Counted from the first letter of the whole stretch, positions 13,012 through 25,540 are shown. The stretch is 58,832 nucleotides of DNA, filler included, from Sphacelaria rigidula (GCA_964200075.2; 10 parts of 10 records of this genome joined end to end with filler, not necessarily neighbours in it), one strand, 5' to 3'. Notes: generated from the letters alone by a model not told the origin. Translations and numbers: made by a program.

Positions 13012-13131
13012 GAGACGGTGGACCGCTTGTGGTCCTCGGAGAAAACCTTCAGATATTCCACGAGGCCCACAAGCGTGCTGAAGAGTCTTGAACGCAGTTT
13101 CGGCAACGAGAGGAAGCCCGCCGTGCGCGTG
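13012..13131 (+). CDS. Isolated internal exon of an unknown protein (ETVDRLWSSEKTFRYSTRPTSVLKSLERSFGNERKPAVRV)
   Basis: Pyrimidine-rich tract plus TGCAG acceptor (alternative start 13002), GTG|GTGAGT donor, 120 nt open, coding-like GC; no family recognised. Confidence 0.5.
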
Positions 13132-13809
13132 GTGAGTGCAAGCAACTACAATAGTGAGCGGTCTAACTATTAAGGGGTGTTTTGGGCATTTCCTCGCGTA
13201 CTACTCTTCGATAGAACTCGAAATTACTAGCGTCGGTAGATTTTGGTACAATGAATAGATCATCCTCGAAACACAGTGCCCAAATCAGCGTCAATTGGTG
13301 TTAACGGGCGAAACGAGTAAGTACCCCGTTTATCAGGAGGGTGTTGTTGACGGTGAAACACAGTTTTTCGACCCTAGTGCAATGGGTAGGCAGAATTTCT
13401 GAAAAATAAAACTGTACATTTCTTCACAAATATGATCGGGACAGGCTCGGTCGACCGAAAATACAGAAGAGTGAGAATCTGGGCTGAAACGTGGCAGGAC
13501 CCCCGATGACCGGTCAGCCCGTAAGTCACTCAGTATTGAGTACAGATTTTTTTTTTTTTTGGAATATGGAGCGGATACAAATATCTTCAGATACCCAATG
13601 TGACGAGGGGTGGCAAGCGAAAGAGCCCGAGAAAATTGCCAAGTACGAAAAATTCACAAAACGCCATAAAATAAATAGTTGGACGGCTCACTACCGTACA
13701 CACCAGAGGGCTGTCCACTGTCCCGGGCATTTATTTTGGCACCACCGAAAGACATGGACGTGCACGTAACGTTTGCGAAAGCGCATGAAGCGACAGCACC
13801 CCTGTTTGA

Positions 13810-14085
13810 TGGTGAGAGATCCATGAGGCAGTGTGAAACCAGAAAATGAAGCAACTCATCGTATACTGTAATCCAAATGCAAGATAAATCAGCAGGCTTC
13901 GGACCAAAAAGGGTGCAGTGCACCCTTTCTCCGACTCGTCGAACATATCACGGCGCTTCGCGCTTTGTGATCGATTGCGAGTCTGGTCCGGCGAAAACTT
14001 GGCGTGCTCCGTCCCGGCTTTGTACGGATGTGAGGTCAATGGTCTTATGACCGCGGCATGCAAGATCATGAGTACACCCCTCTTC
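13810..14085 (+). mobile_element. Non-autonomous retroposon R1 (LINE-tailed SINE-like element), 3' part
   Basis: Matches 40580-41085 and 55053-55512 in reverse; ends CATGAGTACACCCC. Confidence 0.75.
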
Positions 14086-15350
14086 CCCTTCATCCCCCGC
14101 TTGTGCTGCGCCTTTAATGGGTGTATCCAAATAAATGATACCAAGCCGTAGGTTTCAGTATAATCGCTGCGTGATTGGAGCAGTCGCAGGGTACAGTGGA
14201 TCCTGGAATAATGACCCTCATCTGTGTTGCCCCTTGCTGTCTTGCTCTTGATTTGGTCTGTTGAGGATCACTCCGTGATAATAACAAGTAAGAAGAAATG
14301 ACTTGTTGGGCACGAGGCCAGTGCTACTGGAGGAGTCCCTCGTGGATAGCCTTCATGCGTGGTTGATGGCCAAATGACCAAGAAATCAACACATTAGTAC
14401 GCTCTCGCATTTTTGTTCCCATCTCGACATTGTTGTCGTGTATCGCACGTTTTCCCTTAGCTCACACACCCATTCCCCGTGTTCCCTCTCTCCGTCCTTC
14501 TTCGAGACAAGCCGTCTGTCGTGCATGCGCGTCTGACCACAGCACCTTCTCTCTCCCCTCTTGTTTCGCCCTAGGATTTTTTTTCGTGTGTGTGTTTGTG
14601 TTGCATTTTTAAGACCCCTCTTCCCCCCCCCTCTCCCGTTCCCCTCCTCTTCGCGACAAGCCTGCCGTCTGAAGAGATCAAACTCTCCTCTCTCGCAGTA
14701 CATGCCTTGCTCTTCCACTTGTTCATCGAGTGTTGGAATTTGAATCCCACACGCTGCACATCGGCTTTGACAGCATCTTGTTTTTTCACGGCTACGCTCA
14801 TTGTCAACGTTTCCGGACGACTGACATCAGGAAACGAAAAACTCAATGCACTGTCGTGATTTCGAACCTACAAATTATACCTATCATCCCAACGCTTACA
14901 ATGCCCAGGGCCTTCTGCTCCGAGAATACAACCTTGCAGTCTCACTGACATTGAGAGTATTACAATTCTACGCGTTTATGGCCTCTTGCCAGGATAGCGC
15001 GGGGTCCCAGCACGGTAAGGTGATGCCGGGCTGACGACCCACCTTACCGCACTGTGCTGGGACTCCATTTTTTTTTTTCGTTACACTTGAAGCCCTCCCC
15101 CTTCCTCGCGCTGAGTCTGCGGTCTCGAGGGATGGATCCGTCTCTACCCCGATACACGCCTTGCAATTTTGTACGTATCGTGGGTTGGATCAGCACTCCA
15201 GCCCACCCCGTCGACTCTCGCCGAATGAACTAACTCAGTCAACCAAAAGCTTTTGCTGGTCGCGTACTGCATGAGCTCCCGGTTTCCACGACATGAGTCA
15301 GATCCTTTGCAGAAAAACACCAAACTAAATGCATCCAGTGAAGGTAAACT

Positions 15351-15609
15351 CACGGTTAGGACGAATCATTACGGCTGCGAATCACCAGATCCACGATTTC
15401 TTCGACATAATTGCCCAAAAGGGAGAAAAAGGTTGACCGCTGGTCCAAGGGGTATCCACACAACTTTTGCGCCATTCCATGTTTCTGGGCTGCGTGTACC
15501 TGGGTTGCAACGCTGAAAACAACGCCTATGGATTGATTCGTGCGAGTCGAATCAAATATACTAAAACCAAGTAATTTCCAGACGAGTCATTGATTTGTCC
15601 GATCCTTTG
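15351..15609 (+). mobile_element. hAT-like MITE family M1 (copies 19031-19289, 36096-36378, partial reverse ~17400-17580)
   Basis: TIR-like ends CA(C/A)GG(T/G)TCGGACGAAT; internal similarity among copies (GTACCTGGGTTGCAACGCTGAAAA). Confidence 0.75.
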
Positions 15610-16929
15610 GAGTGTTTGATCCATCCTTCGTTTACAAATATATTATGCTGGACAAGGGGTTACATTACCAAAAAGTGTACTGCGTAGGGTATAGAATCTA
15701 TAGTTTGTTGCAATCGACGCAAAAGTCGGTATTGTTTGCAGTGCATTTTTTTTTATTATGTCATTGTCCAGGGTGTGACAAATATACGGTAGAACGAGTT
15801 TGAATCGTGTTCACTCGAGTGAATTTTCTCGCAGACGATTTGTCGCCGTCACTCGAGAGTGTGAGAGTCGTTAGGCGCTAGAAACAGGAACATATTGTCC
15901 TCACGATGGCGTTGCCCAGTTTTGTGCTGTCGGAGCGATATGGAGTGAAAAACCCGTTGATCGAAGGGGTGCTATTAAACGTATATGATGGCAAAAATTA
16001 GGTTATTTTGGCTGTAGAGCAGTGGATATCGAGAAAAGGAAGGAATGTAATCATGCCTTCGTTTGTCTCGACGATCCAGATTGGTTCGGTCGAGCCGAAA
16101 TATTAAAGAGCAAGAAGCGGGGGACTGTTTACTCGTTGAACCCCCGACCATTGCGGAGCCCGTATCTCGGTCAACATTGGTCGTGGAAGATACATATTTT
16201 TCGAAATTTGTGTCTGGTACTCATACCTACGTGATGCCGCAGCAGCCCTTCCAGAAGAATGGCTGGTTTTTGGGAACAAAATGTACATGTAAACCGTAAT
16301 GACAAGGTCCGAGCACACCGAGCAAGTGGGAGCTCCCATGCTTGAGATCGTTTTCGCCGATGTTGCCCATGTGAGGGGCTTCGTGAAGTCTGAAATCAGT
16401 TATCATGCGCTGTATGGCCACTTCGTTCGCGACAGTTTTGGGACTGCATTATGAGGCGGGGCGGTGGGTGGAGGCTGTTGCGGCACTCTTGTCTCAATTC
16501 TTGATGTCTGGGATCGAACAATAACAATGATGCGTCGCGGAAACCGAAAACACTTGAAATTTCCATCGAAAAAATGCGGCATCACTCGTCTCTCGATTCC
16601 CAAAGTTTGGGATCAACAGGAATGGTGATGAGTCGTGGTGATCGAAAACGCTGAAAACAATCGCTTTCAATCGAAAATGCGGACTTCAATCATGTACTAA
16701 TATATTTCCTGTGTTTCGTCTCTCACTATGCGTTTCCCCGTCTTGCGTGTGTGTGAAATCCAAGATCCCCGACTCCAACGGAAAGAAGAACCTGACGCTG
16801 GCCGCCCGGAAAGTCCTACGGCCATGGGACAGGAGGTGGTATGTGAGTCAACTTTCGACGTAGGAAACGCTGTTAATTAGGTGTTGCAAGCAACTATATC
16901 CTCAGGGTACAGGAGGAGGATAAAATGGT

Positions 16930-17008
16930 TAGGCCGCTTGTTATGGCAAAGACTGCTCTTTATGGCAAAGGCCGCTTTTTATGGCAAAGGCCGCTCCTTA
17001 TGGCAGGC
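16930..17008. repeat. 20-bp tandem repeat, ~4 copies (GGCCGCTTTTTATGGCAAAG-like)
   Basis: TTATGGCA recurs at 20-nt spacing. Confidence 0.85.
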
Positions 17009-18558
17009 GAAAAGACCCTTAATTTTTTTGTTTTTTTTGGAGCTTCAACATCGTTTCACGCCCAAACAGAGAGCGAGGCGGAGTTCAACACCTTGGGATG
17101 ATTTACTCTATGTCGACACGGTTGCAGGACATCTCTGCGTTCTCCGTTGACCGCAGTTTCTTTTCGCCAAACTTGCATTTCGTGAAATAATAACCTTTTC
17201 ACATTAGCGACACCATGAGGTCGCTCGCACGCTTCACGAATAGAAGGTCCCGGGTTCAAATCCCGGACTCCACCAAAGTGATGGGAGCCACAAATATTGT
17301 GCATACCCTCGGAAGTAGAGTTGAAAAATCTACGGAAAATCTCCAGCGGCGATTGTTGGTTGAGAGACCCAACACATATCAAAAATGTGACTTGAAAGGC
17401 ACTGTTCCAAATGTCGGACAAATGATGATTCGTCTGAAAATTACTTGGTTTTAGTATGATGAGTCGACCAAGTCGACTCGTGACGAATCAATCCCTAGGC
17501 TTTATTTCAGCGTTACAACCCAGGTACACGCAGCCCAGACACGTGGAATGGCGGCTAAAGTTGCGTGGATACCCCTTAAGTNNNNNNNNNNNNNNNNNNN
17601 NNNNNNNNNNNNNNNNNNNNNNNNNTTAATTAATTAANNNNNNNNNNNNNNNNNNNNNNNNNNNNNNNNNNNNNNNNNNNNCCCACCCCCTCCCCCTGCA
17701 ATAAAAAGAGTCGGTTATTTACTTAGTGACGCGTTCAACAAAAAGTAAGGGCCCCCCCCCCCCCCCCCACCACCACCACCACGCAGCGTCGGGGTTGACT
17801 GGGTTGAAGGGTCAGGCGTTGATATCATTCCGAAAGGGCGACATCGCGCCCGAAGGATTCATGAAGAACTATTTTAGTTATTCATTTAGGACTAGCTTGT
17901 ATATGTCATTTTCTGGTATATGGAGTGACGACGTGCGTATATCTGTCATATCGCAGTATCTGACCATGCAGGCTCACGTTTGACGTCTTACACCAAGCAT
18001 CAAAAACAGCAGGAACGCACGTGAAACGCGGTGTAGAAATAGTCATTCTGCACACTGCCGCGAATGCGTCATCTACCTCAATAGCAACACTGCGCAAAGG
18101 TCACCTTCCATCCTGCCAAACTCCGTCTTTTGATGCGTGAGGCATGGCTAAAAAATCGGGGGGCAGCTCTGCCCAGTGTAAGAAGGTGTGGTGGGACACT
18201 TGTATCCATGTGAATATATCGACATTAATGTCGATTGATGGTTTGCGTCCATGTTAATATATCAATTTAATGGATTGATCGTCACACTTTCACTGATGCC
18301 CCAGGGATCAAGCAATGGCCACATGATATAATTCGTAGACGTACCCGGGATAAAACAAAACGAAAAAACTCGCTGAAGAAAAGTCAAGACATTGAAAGAT
18401 GGAACAAGAAGAGTAGACTGAAAAATACAAAAGAAAAATATGAAAACTGGAAAAAAGGTCGGCCTCTGCAAACATAGCGGAAGGTGAAACATACTTGTAT
18501 ACATGTAGGTGAACTCTCCTTCCCCATCGTCTATCAGACTTCTTAGATAAAAACTCAC

Positions 18559-18612
18559 TTGCTGAGCACCCCGAGTAAACTCTGCCACGAGTTGTTGATC
18601 ATGTTCCAGTAC
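18559..18612 (-). CDS. ABCB-type half transporter, transmembrane-domain exon (YWNMINNSWQSLLGVLS)
   Basis: CCCCAG acceptor, AA|GTGAGT donor; phase-2 join CT+G continues ITYQL-YWNM from exon 20814-21009. Confidence 0.8.
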
Positions 18613-19030
18613 CTGGGGAGCACAGCGGGTGAAAAAACAGACGAAAAAGACGCGTTCAAGACACAATAAAACGCATACGAACACAATACGAAGTGACAGC
18701 TGTTGGTGCACACTACATACACCACACATTGTGTTGGTTCGTTATGTTCTGTTCTGTTGTTCCGTTTCGTTTTGTTCTGTTTCATCCTCTTCTGTTTTAT
18801 TCTTCGTATTTCCCCCTGGTTGTAGGCTCAGTCTTGAGATCCCATCATCCTTTGGCCCTTGTCACGTACGTCGTCAAGCCTCTGCGTCACCTCGTCCTGT
18901 CCTGACTTGTTGGGTATGCCGACCTACGTAGTTTCCCTATTTGGGATATTTGGCCTCTCATGACTCCCGCGCCACGTAACCGACGGTTATTTCTCATTTT
19001 AGCTTATTCTTCCGACCCGTACAAATATTT

Positions 19031-19289
19031 CACGGTTCGGACGAATCATCGCCTGTTCGAATCACCAAATCTATGATTCCTCAGGGCTGATTGCTCAAAA
19101 GAGAGAAAAAAAAATGATCGCTGGTCAAAAGGGTCTCCACGCCATGTTTGCGCCATTACATGTGTCTGGGCTGCGTGTACCTGGGTTGCAACGCTGAAAA
19201 TAAAGCCCAGGGATTGATTCGTACAGTACGAATCAATTACACTCAAACAAGGTAATCTTCAGACGAATCATTCATTCGTCCGACCCTTG
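19031..19289 (+). mobile_element. hAT-like MITE family M1 copy, in the ABCB intron
   Basis: CACGGTTCGGACGAAT ... ATTCGTCCGACCCTTG inverted ends. Confidence 0.8.
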
Positions 19290-20319
19290 CTATATTCTCG
19301 TTTGTTTGTTTTTTCTTCGCTGTCGTGTTGTAGAACTCCGCCCTTCGGGGCGCCGTGTTTCCATGTTTATGGTCGTAATATCATATATATTCCCGTATAT
19401 TCCTCTTTTTTTTTGTGCCATGGCTTTGTGACCACAGGCGCTAGATTTCTAAAACGGCTAATGTGAGACGCAATAACAACAACAACAACCACGTCACATG
19501 GATTTTCTCTTTCCCATGAAATAAAACAGAAACAGAGCTGTCCAACGAATGGCGTCAGAAATCTTCACCAGCGGAAATGAAGGACGGCATTGTTACAGCA
19601 CAATACTGCCAACAGAAGCCAACTGGATGATGACAAAAAGGAATCCCAAGGAAATCATAATGAGTAAAAAAAATGCCCACACGAGGAGAAGGATGGGTTC
19701 ATCACTACACAATAGTCTCGGGGACGAAGGGGGCTCGGAGTATGCCATTTTTTTCCGATTATTTTTTCTCATGAAACAAGCCCAAATACCGACCAAGGTA
19801 TCCAATGACGACAGTAGACAAGCCAGTTTTAATACGACAGATAAGGATAAGGATTAGGACCAAATTGCAACCGTCACGCACCCCCCCCCTCTTCTCCCTT
19901 TAATGGTTGGCGTCGGTTGCCAACGACTCTTGAAAACACACCGTTCACTGCGTAAGCTAGGCAGGCAGATTACAAATAAAAACCGCGTGTTGTGGTAATC
20001 ACGACGATGGCCGAGCTAGATCATATTGTGCGAGGGTACAGAAGCATATCAACCTTCCGGTACTTTTTAAACCGAAGCCCTCCAAAATCATGCGATAAGG
20101 CCTCGCAACTTCATACCACTTTTTTCATATTACTCTCGTTGTCGGGACCGACAGTATTCACGTAGATCTATCTTGGCAGTTTCCTTGCTATTATTATATC
20201 CTTCCCCTTTTCTCCCCGCATTTTTTCGGTAGTCTTCTGATTTATCCCTCGTTTTTGTATTTCCTTCTTCTCGTTTTTCTTTCGCATAATATTTCCGTCT
20301 TTGTCTTCCGTGGGTATAT

Positions 20320-20710
20320 ACATCCATCTCTCTTGCGACCATTGTTGAATGCCTCGGGGTTAAGCCAATGTGTGACCATCTACTAATCAACCTCCCCGTG
20401 GTTGAGCCTGGAACACTGCTCGGTCCGAAGGGTACTAGCTGGATGACAGCCTGGCATCGCCACTTCCAGAGACAGTCGCGGGTTGCACAATGCCTCATGG
20501 GTGTTTCACCGCTCAAACACCTCGTAGGACGATCATCCCCTTGCAGTTGAGGTCCTCCACCCCACACAATATGATATAACTTCGACACCATCTAGGGAAG
20601 AGGGCGATGGAAATAAGGTTGCCGTTGGGTTTCGAGGATCTCGAAACATGCACCGCCGATATGTCATACGACCCTAACCCGAAGACACCTGCCCAACAAC
20701 CAACTCCTTT
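20320..20710 (-). repeat. Interspersed element sharing a central core with R1 (possible LINE 5' UTR or core-type SINE)
   Basis: Minus strand contains CCCATGAGGCA...CTGTCTCTGGAAGTGGCGAT(G/A)CCAG...GGCTGTCATCCA as in R1, with different 5' and 3' flanks. Confidence 0.6.
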
Positions 20711-20813
20711 TCGTCGCTGCAGTTTTTCCCTCTTCATCTGTTCCTCCTTTTATCCCTGTTAATCCATGTTTTGTCCGCGGGGTTGACAAGATGAGCAACC
20801 CTTTCGCACTCAC

Positions 20814-21009
20814 AGCTGATATGTGATGAGCCGCCCAGCCGACATACGGTCCTCTCCGTCCATAACCAACGACCCACCGTACCATAAGATCAGCGCCCCT
20901 GCGCCCTGGTCCAGATAGCTGCTCATGGCGTTGGTCAGCGCGGATCCAAAGGAATCTTTTATTCCCTTTCCAAGAGCCACGCTGGTGGCTGTATCATACT
21001 TGGTCATCT
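20814..21009 (-). CDS. ABCB-type (TAP/MDL-like) half transporter, end of transmembrane domain
   Basis: EMTKYDTA...ALILWYGGSLVMDGEDRMSAGRLITYQL matches the ABCB TM5-TM6 pattern LWYGG.LV....MS.G.L..Y; CAG acceptor, CT|GTGAGT donor. Confidence 0.85.
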
Positions 21010-21231
21010 CTGCGACAGGCGGAAGCAGGGGAAGCAGAGTAACACGGGTCATTACTGGCACGCAGTATTGTTGTTCAGGGTGTCAACTTGTTGGACGACC
21101 AGTGGGTGCAGTACGGGCGTGTTGGCCATGGTCCAATCCGCGATGCCAAAATATAAGGCTTGCACAGTACCGGAGGAGAGTGGGTTGATCCCTTGAGAAC
21201 ACAAGCTTGGCCCGAGAAGGGGGGGGGGGAG

Positions 21232-21535
21232 GGGGGGGCTCATGATCATGCATGCCACATGCCATAGTCATAAGACCATTGACCTCGCATCCCTAAAAAG
21301 CCGGGACGGAGCACGCCGGGTTTTCGCCGGACCAGGCTTGCACTCAAACCACCAAGCGCGAAGCGGACCGTGGTGTGTTCGGCGAGTCGCATGAAGGGTG
21401 AGCTGCACGCTGCTAAGATTGTTCGGCCCGAGGTCTACTGATTGTCTTGCATTTGAAATGACAGCCTACAATTAGTTGCTTTATTATCTGGTATCGCCAC
21501 TTCTTAAGACAGCCATGGCTTATACACTGCTTCGT
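21232..21535 (-). mobile_element. R1 retroposon copy (3' part)
   Basis: Colinear with 40580-40870; the G-run at 21220-21238 is its C-rich tail. Confidence 0.75.
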
Positions 21536-21983
21536 AGAGATGAGATGAAAAAAGGGGTGACGGGAAGGAAAGGACCAAAATACTGGGACCCGTTCTCGAC
21601 AAATGGCTGTAAAAACTTCAAAGTCATCTGAAACATCTGGCCCCTACCGCGGAATACACGCACACGGACATCCTCGGTATCTTTCGGCGGGTTCTTAGCC
21701 CTACCTCAAATCAACGCCTCCCGATACGGTAGCACACCTTTCCGGAAGGGGAGGGGTTAGAAGGTGTGACACACAAACCAACAAACACAAACAAAAAATT
21801 GTCGACCTCGGCCGAGATAAACACGACCCCTCTCAAAGCTTGCCGCAGACCACAGTGAACACCCGACCCAAAAACCACGAAAGAGTCTTCAAGGTGTGGA
21901 GAGATGAAAAACGATATATATATGTATATATATGAGGAAATATTGATGCAGGAAGAACAAAATACCTCAAACATTGAAATTTC

Positions 21984-22560
21984 CAAGGTTGTGTTCTGTA
22001 AGGTACGGTTTGCTGTATACCCGGGGTATTTTTCCGGGTATGTACCGTACCCGACAGTTCTGTGACGTCTGTAGGACTTTCATACCGGTACCCGACAGTT
22101 CTGTAATCTTTGTAAGACTTGCATGCCCTTACCCGATAGTTCTGTAAGTTCTGTACAATACATTTACCCGAACCCGAAGGGCGGGTATATCCGAAAAGAG
22201 TTACCCGATCACCGGTACCGGTTCTCTGCAAGCCTCCCATACCGAACCCGAGAAGTTCTGTAAAGTCTGTAACACTTTCATATCGGTACCCGATAGTTTT
22301 GTAAGTTGTGTACATAACATTCACCCGAACCCGAGGGGCGGGTATACCCGAAAAGAGTTACCCGACTGTCGGTACCGGTTCTCTGTAAGCCTCCTGTACC
22401 GTACCCGACAAGTTCTGTAAAGTCTGTAAGACTTTTATACCGGTACCCGATAGTTCTGTAAACTCTGAGACTTCCAAACCGGTACCAGACAGTTCTGTAA
22501 ACTCTGTATGGAATCTCATACCCTACAGGACGTACCCGTACCTTACAGAACACAACCTTG
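21984..22560. mobile_element. Non-autonomous TIR (hAT-like) element filled with internal repeats
   Basis: Perfect 25-bp TIR CAAGGTTGTGTTCTGTAAGGTACGG / CCGTACCTTACAGAACACAACCTTG; many GGTACCCGA(T/C)AGTTCTGTAA motifs; ~157-bp internal duplication; flanks GAAATTTC / TGAATTTC. Confidence 0.9.
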
Positions 22561-23596
22561 TGAATTTCAAGCAAAATATTTTCCATATTTCAGTCAAAAT
22601 TACAGCGTGCACACATGTAGCTGTTAGATCTGAACCATTTATATCCTCGACCGCACGGAGAATTTTCTCAACAGAGCGATCATCGATGCCTGATAACGCG
22701 GATGTGTACCGAGCGGCATGGATGCATTCCTCCGATGATGTAAGGCCATTCTTCCAAAACAAAAAATGAGTAGCCCATACACGGCACGTGAAGCCGTTTT
22801 TACAGCAAGCTGCCCACATCCATTTCGGTGGCGTCGACCGTTACCACCACGGCTGATCGTATCGTCCCGATATACCGAGGTTATCGATGCGGCCACCAAA
22901 CACACCACCCCCATATCGCATGCCAACTTTTTTTTGTGAGAGGTGGTAGTAGCTCTGAACGCTTGTACCGGTCATGTGTGCGACAACCCTTTGCCATCCC
23001 AGGCCACTATTACATCTTCAACTACCGCTGAGGTTTTGTAATCTGAGGAGTGAAATCGGCATGACGAAGAGATGCAATGGTCGAGGCACACCACAGCCCC
23101 GCAGCCCCCCGACAACGAAAACAATCTTCAAACAAGACGTGGTAAACAACCACGTGTAGGTCTTGATTGAACGGTTAGCCTTGATTATTAGGGGTCTTGA
23201 TAACTAGACCATTTGTTACTTCTCCCCCCCTCCCCCCCCAGGATTTTGTGTAATGTACGGAAGAAACATAATGAGCGCCGGAGTGCTGGAAGTGTCTCTA
23301 ATAGAGAATAGGAACGGTGCTCCGTCTTGAAAGGGATGCGTGGTCAATGGTCAAACGACGAAGGCAAGCAAAAGGTGAGTACACCCCCCGCCCCCCCCCC
23401 CCCCAAAAAAGCAACTTTTCCAACCTTTCTCAAAAAAAAAAGAAAAAAAACGACTATCAACAAATTTTTTGAGGNNNNNNNNNNNNNNNNNNNNNNNNNN
23501 NNNNNNNNNNNNNNNNNNTTAATTAATTAANNNNNNNNNNNNNNNNNNNNNNNNNNNNNNNNNNNNNNNNNNNNAAGACACGGTATGTAGTCGCGC

Positions 23597-23810
23597 AGTC
23601 AACTTGCATGGTACGCTAGACATGAAGGGCAAAAAGATAAAGCAGGGCGACTAAGTCTGCGTACTGCATAAGTAATGACAAGACATTGCACGAAAATATT
23701 TGGCAGTCACCTTGCATGGTACGCTAGACATGAAGGGCAAAAGAATAAAGCAGGGCAACTAAGTCTGCGTACTGCATAAGTAATGTCAAGACATTGGACG
23801 AAAATATTTG
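23597..23810. repeat. ~110-bp tandem duplication (2 copies)
   Basis: CTTGCATGGTACGCTAGACATGAAGGGCAAAA...AAAATATTTG present twice head-to-tail. Confidence 0.9.
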
Positions 23811-24467
23811 TGGTTGCATGGTATCGAAAGCCAAGTTTAAAGCACCTGAACAAAGTAGTATCCAACTACGGTATCAGCAAGGGACAAGGTAATAGTCAAC
23901 TACGGTACAGGGTGCGTCAAGAAGCCAAACTGTTGAATAGAAAAAAAATACAATCGATCACCAGAGTAGGATAAAAATGGAGATCATGTCAAGTGACACC
24001 AAGGCAATAACTCTGCCACCAGAGCCCTATAAAAAGCTACACGGGATTAGCCATACCAAGCCAGATTGCTGATACTCCACGCCGGAACATACCATCATGA
24101 GCAAACTGTTCATTGTTTCCTGCGTGTCCTCCCCAAAGCAATCACGTTTAGCGCCGGTCCCGTCATCGGGATGTGACATACCCAAGGCAAGAGTGTAGGT
24201 GAAACAAGGGAGGAAGCAATAGAGGGTACGGTTAGTATGCGTTGGAAGTCTTGGAGTCAGTGAAAATATGGCTCGGTTTTATACCACGTGACGCAGATCG
24301 GAATGTCATGTGCCGGGCGGTAAATTCGGCGTTTCGGCCTTGCGAACCAGATAGATGAAACGATTACAAACGGAATCCTGCTCAAGCATGACGAGTACAG
24401 GCAGCGCAGCAGACAAGGCCCTGCAGATAGCCTACACCCGCACGGTCAAAGAAAAACATCGCGAGCG

Positions 24468-24731
24468 CCAAACACAATACAAAATTACCAGAACATGAAA
24501 TGAAAAATAATGCGGCTCGAAAGAGCAAGACGACGGCGGCGCAAATGATAAGACAATCAAAATAAAATACAAAGTTTCCAGAACATGAAATGAAAAATAG
24601 TGCAGCCCGAAAGAGCAAGACGACGGCGGCGCAAATGATAAGACAATCAAAATAGAATACAAAATTTCTGGAACATGAAATGAAAAATAGTGCAGCTCGA
24701 AAGAGCAAGACGACGGCGGCGCAAATGATAA
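24468..24731. repeat. 90-bp minisatellite, 3 copies
   Basis: GAACATGAAATGAAAAATA..GC.GC.CGAAAGAGCAAGACGACGGCGGCGCAAATGATAA at an exact 90-nt period. Confidence 0.95.
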
Positions 24732-25224
24732 ACGCGCAACACAATCGGGTGGCTCAAAAGAAAGTTTTGGTAGACACGACACCCGGAGATGTAGAAAGTA
24801 TTGTAATGCATGATGAAAGAAAGTCAATCAAGACCGAAAAATCGGAAGCTTTACCGCGCGCACATTTCACAAATCCCCATGGCCACAATAAAAACGCAAA
24901 ATACATACTGATTATGGTGAGTTGATAGTCTGAATTCAACATGCAACAAAAATACCGAAATAAAATGGAGAATTCCTGGAACACGATCGTTGCTGGTTAG
25001 GTACAGCGGTGATGTTATGGGTAACGGTGTAGGTTAGTCGAAGGTGATAAAATGCAGGCGATAATGACAAAAACTGTGCGTTCCAGTCAGAGCAAGGTAC
25101 AAAATGATGGGAACATGAGAGCGTGAAATACGCGTGCATATGACAACTTGCGATGCGATAGCAAGCCAGAAAAGTACAGCCGACAGTAGGCGGTAGAGGC
25201 AATGACAATACATCAAGCGGGACA

Positions 25225-25370
25225 ACAACAGCAAACCAGGGTAGCAGAAAGCACGGTGGAAACAGCAGCAACAGCAGCAAAAACAGACAACCATAACAAC
25301 GACAACAACAACAGTAAAAATAGACAACAAAGACAATAGACAACAAAGAAACAGCAACAGCAACAGCAGC

Positions 25371-25404
<34 letters not shown>

Positions 25405-25540
25405 CCACCACCACCACCACCACCACCACCAACAACAACAACGACACACAGCAGCAACAACAACAGCAGCAGCAACACACAGCGGCGGCACGGCAGCGAC
25501 GAACAGCAGCGAAAACCACAGCAACAGACAACAACGACGC
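25225..25540. repeat. Compound (CAA/CAG/CAC)n microsatellite
   Basis: Direct reading; produces spurious homopolymeric ORFs. Confidence 0.95.

Noticed and set aside
14571..14846. Minus-strand coding-like stretch
   Set aside because: Two open frames, no clear donor, no family recognised
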